Assembly: GCF_028641065.1 (NCBI RefSeq)
Contig: NC_073380.1
Coordinates: forward strand, 66,216,001 to 66,280,000
Length of the DNA: 64,000 bases
Direction: 5' to 3'
DNA from: Leucoraja erinacea
Lineage: Eukaryota
Shown: one piece after another, positions 1 through 9,784 of the stretch
Position numbering within the stretch: the stretch's first letter is position 1
How the letters are laid out: the number at the start of each line of letters is the position of its first letter
Notes under the pieces: model-generated
Seen by the model: only the letters and a program-made list of their open reading frames with translations
Database searches by the model: none
What the model was told of the DNA's origin: nothing
Position numbers and translations under genes: made by a program

Positions 1-365
1 CTTCATGCTTACACTGTGGGCCCGTGACTTCACGCTGCATCCATTGCAGGGTGTAGTTTGTGGAACTGTGAACGATTCTGACATGGGAAATCCTTCTTCT
101 TTGTCCATCATCTCCACAGCATTGAGTCATGCTTGGGGCAACTGAATATCCTCCCTTGCCTCAACCTCGAGCTAAGGAGCGGGCACGTGGTGTGTGGCAT
201 GGTGGTCCAGAAATTCAATTAGGCAAGTGAATGGGTTTGTCATTAATAAAGCCATAATCTTGCTTACTCGAGAAAATATTGGTTACTGTTGTTTTAAAAA
301 AAATGATTACCTGAATATGAAGCTTACTCTCTATCCCACAACTCATTGAACTCTACATTCTTCTC

Positions 366-689
366 ATGGGGAAGTCCAGAACAAGGGGTCATAGTTTAAG
401 GATAAGAGGGAAATCTTTTAGGACCGAGATGAGGAAAACTTTTTTCACACAGAGAGTGGTGAATCTCTGGAATTCTCTGCCGCAGAAGGTAGTTGAGGCC
501 AGTTCATTGGCTATATTTAAGAGGGAGTTAGATGTGGCCCTTGTGGCTAAAGGGGTCAGGGGGTATGGAGAGAAGGCAGGAACAGGATACTGAGTTGGAT
601 GATCAGCCATGATCATATTGAATGGCGGTTCAGGCTCGAAGAGCCGAATGGCCTACTCCTGCACCTATTTTCTATGTTTCTATGTTTCT
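366..689 (+). mobile_element. 5'-truncated CR1 LINE 3' end (ORF2 C-terminus plus 3' UTR with (TTTCTATG)n tail)
   Basis: Translation SRTRGHSLRIRG...FFTQRVVNLWNSLPQKVVEASS is the CR1 ORF2 C-terminal signature; ends in tttctatgtttctatgtttct. Confidence 0.9.
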
Positions 690-1500
690 TGTAAATCTGG
701 CTGTAGCAGTATTCACTCGTTAATGCATTCCTATACACTCATCTTTCTCGCCACCCATTCTAATATTTTATCATTTATCATAATGTCATAAAGTCTTGCC
801 CATCAAGTTTACTCCTCCATTCAATCATGGCTGATCTATCTCTCCCTCCTAACCCCATTCTCCTGCCTTCTCTCCAAAACCCCTGACACCCGAACTAGCC
901 AAGAATCTATCTATCACTGCCTGAAAATATGTACAATAACTTGGCTTTTACTTTATCTTGGCTTTTACTTATTTCTGATTATTCTGCTTTGAATATATTT
1001 TGTTAAAAGCATCATATTAATCAAAAATCTTGCAAAACTAGTGTTTATTGTATTTATGTTTTAACTTTCACAAAGTGTACATGTGCCTTTATGTAACAAA
1101 AAGTCTTCAGGTGATTTTTACATTCTGATATATAACATGTCAAATATGTATGGAACTCACATTTGTTTGTGGTCAGATATGGTTTGTTCTCTAACTTTAC
1201 GAGTTATTTTAGCCCCAAATTAAAAATGATTGTACATCCATGCTCTAAAAAAGGGGATTCTGGCTAAAAGAAGCATGAGAAAGAAAAATACATCAGATAA
1301 AAATAATTGATTATGACAGTGAAGAATAATAAAGAAATATTAATAGGGGAAAATATATTTGATAAATGCCAGGGTAAATCCTCACTACTTATGCATGAGA
1401 CCAAATGAATTTCAATGTTTCTTTCCCGTGTTTTAAGTCCACAAATTAACACATGGCAGTCAAGGACTACACTGCAGATCTTCCGCCGCTATCCTGTTCA

Positions 1501-1645
1501 TTCTTCTTCTTGTGTATGGTGTGCACAGCCTGAAATTGTAGGACAGGACAACTTGTTCTATTTGACCTAATTGATTGTGAATGCCAGGTTGATTGCATTC
1601 ACTGAAACAGGGCAAACAACATGAAGGTTGCAATCTCCCACCCCT
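1501..1645 (-). mobile_element. short non-autonomous retroposon with (AAG)n tail, family uncertain
   Basis: ttcttcttcttg at the left end reads as an (AAG)n tail on the minus strand; about 145 bp with no coding signature. Confidence 0.4.
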
Positions 1646-2196
1646 ATTCATACCGAGAAAAGGCATCAGTGTGTGAGAAAGTGCCCCCAATTGATCAGAA
1701 TGAATTGAATGGGAGGTCTTGTTGCAGATTTACTTCATGCTGCGTTTTATGCCAGTCCAATCAATTTTTTTTCTCTTGGCCAGCTAGTGGAATCCATTGG
1801 CAGAAATCAGCCACCTAGGACACCTAGAACCACAGATTTAGGGTCTGGTAAGTGTAAGTGTGAGAGTGTTTTGGCATAGGCAAGCAGTACTGGAGTATAC
1901 AAGCTTTTAACTATGTGTGTGAGCAGTGTTGATTTCAGCCCATTCAAATCACACATCTTTTTGTTGCATGATGGTATGCCCCCAGCTGCTTGTTGTACTT
2001 GGACACTGCATCGTGACACAGCTATCTGTACTTCAAGGAGGGGGATCACAGACCAGCTGTTATGGGTGAGCCAGTCCGGTTAGTCACCTTGAATGACTTT
2101 TTCTTGGGGTAATGAATTGTTATCCATATAGAGTTTGGAGTTATCCATATAGAGCCAGTTGTGGAGGGTCAGTCACTGGATACATTCAAGGCATAT

Positions 2197-2515
2197 TTTA
2201 GTTTAGTTTAGTTTAGAGACAGAGCTTGGAAAGGCCCGTCGGCCCGCCGAGTCCGCATCGCCCAGCGATCCCCGCACACTAACACTATCGTACAAGCATT
2301 AGGGCCAATTTACATTTTTTGCACCAGGCCAATTAACATACATACCTGTACGTCTTTGGGGTGTGGGAATAAACCGAAGATCTCGGAGAAAACCCACGCA
2401 GGTCATGGGGAGAACATATAAACTCCGAACAGACAGCACCCGTAGTCAGGATCAAACCCGGATCTCAGGCCCTGTAAGGCAGCAAACGCTACCGCTGTGC
2501 CATCGTGCTGCCCAA
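2197..2515 (-). mobile_element. tRNA-derived SINE with V-domain-like body and (CTAAA)n tail
   Basis: Minus strand: A-box-like tggcacagcggtag, B-box-like gggtttgatcc, body gagtttatatgttctccccatgacctgcgtgggttttctcc, tail ctaaactaaactaaa. Confidence 0.8.
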
Positions 2516-2544
2516 TGTAGTAGATGTTATATATTAAAAGGAAG

Positions 2545-3228
2545 ATAGACACAAAAAGCTTGAGTAACCCAGCGGGACAGGCAGCATCTCTGGAGAGAAG
2601 GAATGGGTGACAATTTGGATCGAGACCCTTCTTCAGACCAAAGATCCTATAGCGGAGCAAGATAGACCACTCCTGCTAAATGCAATGGGCTGATGTGTAG
2701 TACGCAACTGGACGGAACCCGACCCGACCTGACACAACTCGCAGTGTAATCAACGTTGCGGGGGAACAGTTTGTGCTAATAAATTAAAATTCTGAAAATG
2801 AGGAGAAGATTTTTACCAAATAAATTTTACTTTTACGAGGATGTTTCCGTAACTGGCTTCCGTCTCTGCACTAGTTATCTTTGCTCCGCTATGGGATCTT
2901 TGGGGCGGAGACGGAAGCCGGTTACGGAAATGGGACCTAAAATTACCCATGAAACTGCTCATGACCGTACTACGTCTTTTTCGTCGACTGGTCTATCTTG
3001 TTTGCTATAGGATCTTTGCTTCAGACTGGTTAAGGATAAGGGAAACGAGAGATATAGACGAGATATAGTGGAGAGATAAAGAACAATGAATAAAAGATAT
3101 GCAAAAAAGTAACGATGATAAAGGAAACAGGCCGTTAGCTGTTTGTAGGGTGAAAACAAGAAGCTTGTGTGACTTGGGTGGGAGAGTGATTGAGAGAGAG
3201 GGAATGCCGGAGTTACCTGAAGTGAGAT
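2545..3228 (-). mobile_element. Penelope-like element remnant (pLTR region); continues at 8541-8650 after the DIRS insertion
   Basis: Same motif as other Penelope copies (cagcgggacaggcagcatctctggagagaaggaatgggtga...acccttcttcagac); joining 3228 to 8541 restores gttacctgaagtgagataaa|tcaatattcataccactggg, which matches 38890-38930. Confidence 0.75.
2639..3018. mobile_element. hAT-type MITE, about 380 bp
   Basis: About 30-bp terminal inverted repeats CAAAGATCCTATAGC..GCAAGATAGACC / GGTCTATCTTG..GCTATAGGATCTTTG; perfect 8-bp TSD CTTCAGAC at 2631-2638 and 3019-3026. Confidence 0.88.
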
Positions 3229-5842
3229 AAATAGTAAGATTAAACGAGAACTTACCAGTTTGAAGTTTGATCTTTATTTTATGAGGAGTTACGATGAGGG
3301 ATTACGTGAAGACCCCGTCCAGTACGCATGCGCGACATTCTTCAAAGCAGCGGTATGAAGTCACAGACAACAGTAGATGAAATAAAGATAGTAAGATAAG
3401 AAAAACTAGGATACCAGTTGACCTTTATGATAGAGGGCGGGAGCGGAGGGCACGTAATTCCTCATCGTAACTCCTCATAAAATAAAGATCAAACTTCAAA
3501 CTGGTAAGTTCTAGTTTAATCTTACTATTTTACTTCGGAGTCACGTGAGTGACTATGTGAAGATTTTAAAGATCTGATATTTCATGCCGTGGAACGAGTC
3601 CATGCTTCACTCACTGCCTTAGTTGACTAGGGGAGGAAGTATGTTATCATATTCAGACATGAATAATGACAATAGTAACCTCCCTTACCCGGGAGGAACT
3701 ATGAACAGAACTTAACATAGTTCGTAAATACCCCCCCATCTGGCAATGTATTAGTACTAAATGTGTGGAAAATTGCTAGATTGACCATCCTGCAACCGCT
3801 AGGATGTGGTCCCGCTAACTTCCATAACCCTGCTGCTGAGGTTGTTACAGCCTTGGTGGAGTGATTTGAAATGTCAGTATTTACTCTTGTATAAGCCAGA
3901 CCCATAACCACCTGAAGATGGTCTGAAGTGATACCTTCTTTTGAGGGTAGATGTAACTAACAATATTGCTAGTTCAGAGTCTCTGGGCTCTAGTGATCTA
4001 ACATTCTGGTGTAGATGTGTGACCACACACAATCGAAGGTTCATGGGATATGTGAACATCTAGTTTGAGATCTGGTGCCCCTGGTCTATACTGCTTGACT
4101 AAGTCATAACATAAGTGTTATTTAGTCTGCAGATATAATCACCCTATCCAGTCAACGTTTATGTAATGACTAGACCCGTAGTGCTGCATGCAGGGCTATG
4201 AGCATAACCACTTATAAGTGAGTTAGCCCAAGGACAGGGATGTAGCTGGAGCCCTTCAGCGAAGCGACGTAGCACAACGTTAACACCCCATATCTCTGCG
4301 TCCCTAGGCCTGGGAGTTTTTCGAGTTGCAGATTATCTTCATAATCTAGAGCTCAAAGGGTGTCCCCCCCAGAGTGGATTCTACTCCTTTCAGCCAGTAT
4401 GATGAAGCACTTAGGTATGGTAGATGGCACTTAAGACATCATGATTTGTCAAGCCCTCATATGAACCTGAATTACAAGACGTCAGTCATCCGTGCCGAAT
4501 ATGTAATATAATTGTAAAACTAATACCTCCCATATCCTTATGAGGAAATATTGATATTTATTGGTGCTATCCCTGCATCTGCAGCGAGCACGTTCATGGT
4601 TGGTTTAACAACCCCAGATTCAGGAACTGTCTTCTCAGTCTCTGTAATACAAAGAATTGATTATATCATGCTGAGGACGGTTTCCCGTATCACGGGTAGG
4701 CCAATGTCTGTGTCTAGAATAACCATATATGGTTCTATCATTCCCCACTTCAGTGGGAACCATGGCTGGCTAAGCCCGGCAGGCACTATAAAAATGCCTG
4801 AGGCGGGAACTTGCTGAATTTCGCAAACCCGTCTGTTGAGGCATAAATGGAGGAAAACATAAAAGAACATTCCTCCTTAGTGTACCTAGAATGTAACAAA
4901 CGCTACCGATATGCCACATATTTTCCACTGGTGATTGAGCCTGGATACAAGTTTCTTGGTCTTTAATGTTCACAATGTATTTTAATACTTTGTGATCCAA
5001 CACCCATATTGTGTACCGTAATGAGTTTTGGGTAAACTATCACTGGATATTTTGACTTGTTTGCACCAATTGCAACAGACATTTGCCACCCCCGAAGTGT
5101 ATCAACTTGGACTAGAGCATGCAGATAGGCATATTCGCATAAACCTTTAATCCCCAGAATGCGCCCAGTGTCTATAGGTAGTTGATACCATGTAACTGAG
5201 GAATTGGTAACTCTACCATCCACAGCTGTAACTAGATGGCATAAGCAAATTCTCATCCTGAACAATAGCATCAGTATGTAATTTAATTAAAGATTTACTG
5301 ATTTTGTGGAATAGCATAGAACTGGTAACAATGACCACATGGTACTTGAGTACTTACTTCTTTTGCATGCTGTATAGTTCTGATTGTGCAAAGGCCTAAA
5401 TAGCACAGCTGTAAGCCAATTATACTTGATGAACAGAAGGTTGCTTGATCAGTATTGTTACGGGCTTCAATTAATTCCAATCCCTTACCTCAGGGTGGAG
5501 TCCCAGACGATTAAATAGAGTTAAAGGTAATCCCAATCATCAATAAGTTCAGTTGGTATCAACTTAAATTTATCTGGACAGATGAGAACCCAATTTATCA
5601 AATGGGTTTTGTGGCTGATACAGCTAACTTAGCAAAATACAGCGTTTAATCTCATCCAGATAGTTCTTAACAATATATTTAAAAACTCTGAGCAGCCGAA
5701 GCACTCATTTTGTAAATAACCTGGGAACTGAAGTTAGCCTATTTTGCAATGTTTTAACTGTATCATTGCCCCATCCAGTTAAATTTCAAATATTTCCGGT
5801 GAAGCTGACCCCATGGGAATTAATAGTCACAAAGTTCAATGT

Positions 5843-5915
5843 CTTAATGTATTTCGTTGTCTCTGTACTGTACACTGACAATGACAATTAAAATTGAATC
5901 TGAATCTGAATCTGA
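5843..5915 (+). mobile_element. Rex1/Babar-type LINE 3' tail with (TGAATC)n, nested in the DIRS
   Basis: atttcgttgtctctgtactgtacactgacaatgacaattaaa followed by tgaatc repeats. Confidence 0.55.
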
Positions 5916-6004
5916 GTCTATACTGCACATGCGAGTTGGGCTTGTTGATAATAAACAGGCCTCATTTGTCATGATAGCGAGTCTGCCTAAAGAGGCAACA
6001 AAGT

Positions 6005-6805
6005 AATCCTCCGTCAGTTTCGCCACCTCCAACGTGACCCCACTACTCGCCACATCTTCCCATCTCCCCCCATATCTGCCTTCCGCAAAGACCGCTCCCT
6101 CCATAACTCCCTGGTCAATTCTTCCCTTCCCTCTCGGTCCACCCCCTCCCCGGGCACTTTCCCTTGCAACCGCAAGAGATGCAACACTTGTCCCTTTACC
6201 TCCCCCCTCGACTCCGTTCAAGGACCCAAGCAATCGTTCCAGGTGCGACAGAGGTTTACCTGCATCTCTTCCAACCTCATCTATTGCGTCCGCTGCTCTA
6301 GATGTCAGCAGATCTATATCGGTGAGACCAAGCGGAGGTTGGGCGATCGTTTCGCCGAACACCTCTGCTCGGGTCCGCAATAACCAAGCTGACCTCCCGG
6401 TGGCTCAGCACTTCAACTCCCCTTCCCACTCCGCCTCCGACCTCTCTGTCCTGGGTCTCCTCCATGGCAGCACCGGAAATTGGAGGAACAGCACCTCATA
6501 TTCCGTTTGGGGAGTCTGCATACCGGGGGCATGAACATCGAATTCTCCCAATTTTGTTAGTCCTTGCTGTCTCCTCCCCTTCCTCAGCCCCCCTGCTGTC
6601 TCCTCCCATCCCCCAGCCTTCTGGCTACTCCTCCTTTTCCCTTTCTTGTCCCCACCCACCCCCGCCCCCGATCAGTCTGAAGAAGGGTTTTGGCCTGAAA
6701 CGTTGCCTATTTCCTTCGTTCCATAGATGCTGCTGCACCCGCTGAGTTTCTCCAGCTTTTTTGTGTAACCTTCGATTCTCCAGCATCTGCAGTTCCCTCT
6801 TAAAC
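6005..6805 (+). mobile_element. Penelope-like element 3' part (GIY-YIG endonuclease plus pLTR), nested in the DIRS
   Basis: Frame not in the ORF track reads LIYCVRCSRCQQIYIGETKRRLGDRFAEHL at about 6276-6365, a PLE GIY-YIG motif; hammerhead-like motif at 6677-6705. Confidence 0.88.
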
Positions 6806-7429
6806 ACATATTCCTAGACTGTCTTGCTTGTACTGTGCAGTATAAACTAAACTCATCCAACCTTCTTGTAAATGGTCCACAACTCCACGTTTCGGAAAGA
6901 ATCAGTCCCACCTACCGTCATGGCTACTGGTGGCTTTGTGGTAAGCCCAAAAGGCCCCCGATGTGGGTTCGATTTCCATCCTTGATTGGGTCGTAGGGCT
7001 GCTGGTGTATGTAGACCCATGTATTTCCAGGTGCATGGTAACTCCCAGCCGGCACCTGTTCCTCGGACATGCTTCCAAGTTCAGAGTCAGTTGCCAACTG
7101 ACTCCTCACACTCACCTTTGCAGAAGGGAGTTTTGTAGACAGCCCTGAAAAAGGGTGCTGCCACGGGCTCTTGAGGAGACCTGCGCTGATATGGCCCTCC
7201 CTGGCCAATTAGGATGGGTAAAACGTCCGAGGACTAACCCATATCGGAGGTGCCCTCCTGGCCTGACTTCAGTCTAGGCCTTTCAGTCTCCTGCTCTTAC
7301 CCTCCTCGGGCAGCCGGAGTCCAATTCGCCACCGGCTACCCGCTCTTCTGTGGTCCTAGCCGTGTCTTCCACTCGGTCCCCGTGGCTGAGGTTTCCCCCA
7401 TGCACGGATCAGCCCGTGGTCTTCACAAG

Positions 7430-7995
7430 GTCCCTGTAGCTGGGTTATCTGTGGTCTTCTCATGGCCCCCGAGGCTGGGTTATCCGCAGTCTTCCCGCGG
7501 TCCCTGAAACTGGGTTATCTGTGGTCTTCTCATGGCCCCCGAGGCTGGGTTATCCGCAGTCTTCCCGCGGTCCCTGAAACTGGGTTATCCGCAGTCTTCC
7601 CGCAGTCCCTGGAACTAGGTTATCCGTGGTTTTCCCACGGTCCACGAGGCCGGGTTATCCCCAGTCTTCCCACGGTCCTTGAAGCTGGGTTATTTGTGGA
7701 CTTCCCACAGTCCCTGAAGCTGGGTTACCCATGGTTTTCCCGTGGCCTCTGGCCGGATTATCCGTGGTTTCTCGTTGTCTCTGAAGTCGGTTTACCTGTG
7801 GTTTTCCCGTGGCCTCCAAAGTCAGGTTCCTGCGGTCTTACTGTGGCCTCCAAAGTCGGGTTCCTGCGGTTTTCCCGCGGTCTCCGAAGTCGGGTACCCG
7901 CGGTCTTCCCCGCGGTTTCGGAGACCGGGTTACCCGCGGTCTTCCCCTGGTCCCGGAAGGCAGGTTACCTGCAGGTTTCTGAGGTTCCGTGGTCC
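7430..7995. repeat. degenerate 35-bp tandem minisatellite in the 5' part of DIRS #1
   Basis: Units ctgggttatccgcagtcttcccgcggtccctgaaa and ctgggttatctgtggtcttctcatggcccccgagg repeated with progressive divergence. Confidence 0.85.
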
Positions 7996-8839
7996 CCACA
8001 GCCAGGCTTCTTCCTGCGGTCGGCATCCCCCACGGGCCTTGTAGTTGGGACCTAAAATGCTGGCGAAACTCAGCGGGTGCAGCAGCATCTATGGAACTTT
8101 GTAGCAGGGATCCTTGCAGTGTCGGGAGCTGGGATTTCCCCTTTGAATGCTCCTTCGGTTTGGGGCTTCCCCCGAGCCAGCGTGGCTTAGTAAATGGGTT
8201 TCCCCGCGATTCTGTGGTCGGCTTTGGATATCCCCGGGATTCGCAGCCGGGATTCCCTTCCCTTCCCTTCCTTTCCCTCCCTCCCCCCCCACCCCCCCGG
8301 CGGTCCCTGTAGAAGGGAGCCGGGTGGCGCTGGGGTTCCGACCTCGGACCTCCAGCAGGAGTTCTGAACGCTTCCTGCAGTAAAAAAGAGACCTGAAAAA
8401 GTTAAAAACTTACGTTCAGGTCCGAGCTGTTGGAAGCAGCGCTCCAACAGCATGTTGTTTGCGCAATGCGAGGACGATATGGCGCGCATGCATGCTGGAC
8501 GGGGTCTTCACGTAGTCACTCACATGACTCCGAAGTAAAATCAATATTCATACCACTGGGCTGTAAGCTGCCCAAGCAAAATATGAGATGGTGTTCCTCC
8601 AATTTGCGTTTAGCCTCACTCTGACGATGAAGGAGACCTAAGACAGAATTGAGGGAATGTGAGGTTTGTGCAGGAAAGTGGTTTTGCAATAATGGATCAA
8701 CCTTGATCTTATTAAATGGTTGAGCAGGTGTGAGAAACTGAACACTCCCAACCTGATATTTATTATATTCTCTATCTTGTCAGATAATCGGCTTGGCCTC
8801 CAAAACAAACCCTATTCCCTAGCCATGATGGCAAAGATG

Positions 8840-9155
8840 GAGTAGACAGAATCTTTTCTCAAAGTGGACACGCCAAACATCAGAGGGCATTGTTTTAAAT
8901 TGAGAGGGGCAAGGTTTAAAGGAGATATTTGTGGGGTCAATTTTGTATGGAGATACCTGGAATGCATTGCCATGTGTGGTGGTAGAGGCAATACATTAGG
9001 GACATTTAAAAGGTTTATAGATAGGCAGAGTGATATGCAAGGAATGGAGTGACGTGGATCACATGCAGATAGAGAAGATTAGTTTAACTTGGCATCATGT
9101 TGGCATGGATGTTGTGGGCTGAAAGGCCTGTTTCTGTGCTGTACTGTTCTATGTT
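8840..9155 (+). mobile_element. old CR1 3' fragment
   Basis: NIRGHCFKLRGARFKGD-like translation; 3' UTR gggctgaaaggcctgtttctgtgctgtactgttctatgttct. Confidence 0.7.
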
Positions 9156-9229
9156 CTTCTCCATCCCCATCCTTGGCATTTATCAGAAGGTGAACAGACT
9201 GATTGTCTCACATTTAGCCCGGAGATGTA

Positions 9230-9640
9230 CTTCAACCCTTATCTCCACATTCACCAGTCAGGCCATACCTTGCCCTTTCGGATTTAGCTGCTGTTGAAAC
9301 CTTTAACCACATCAACATCACCAATAATTTTGACTTTCCACAACTTCTGACTGATTCTGCTCGTTGTAAATCTGAAATCAAAACTTTGTTGCCTGTATCC
9401 TAATTTTCCTCAAATCCTATTCTCATATCAATCCCATTTTTAATTAAGCAATCCTAGATTTAAAATTGCGCACATATTTTCCTATTTCTCCATGGCCTCA
9501 ACCCTCTCTCCCTCTGTAATCTCTTCCCGACCCGTCACTTTGAAAAAGTGTCCTTCCTTTCAAATTTGGGCCCCTTGATTATCCTCAGATTTAATCAATC
9601 CAAATTTGGCAGCCATGACATTAGTTATCATAGAGAGATA
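9230..9640 (+). mobile_element. highly decayed L2-like LINE ORF2 C-terminal fragment
   Basis: tttaaaattgcgcacat...tctccatggcctcaaccctctctccctctgtaatctctt resembles the L2 FKI..LHGLAP.YL motif. Confidence 0.4.
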
Positions 9641-9784
9641 TCGTCCACTGAGTTCATGTTGACCACAACACTACCCAAGCCTATTTTATTTTCCCCACAT
9701 TTCTATAAACTCCCCCTGGATTCTGCAGCTTACTTTTCCCTTGCAGAGCATTAACTGTTCAAGTAAAGAAAATTATGGTGACAA

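Larger units (their letters stand above)
3229..8540 (-). mobile_element. DIRS1-like tyrosine-recombinase retrotransposon (complete termini, decayed ORFs)
   Basis: ITRs at 3304-3335 and 8481-8513; ICR at about 3451-3563 complementary to both termini; YR remnants HSTKAVTTSAA and HILAVAGWS at about 3780-3870; RT remnants LTSVPRLFTK and YLDE at about 5650-5750. Confidence 0.9.

Noticed and set aside
5844-6534. ORFs of 178 aa (-) and 166 aa (+), and equivalents at 38866-39431
   Set aside because: Off-frame or antisense readings of the Penelope GIY-YIG coding region.
7462-8055. 197-aa ORF in DIRS #1
   Set aside because: Translation of the 35-bp minisatellite on the strand opposite the element's coding strand.
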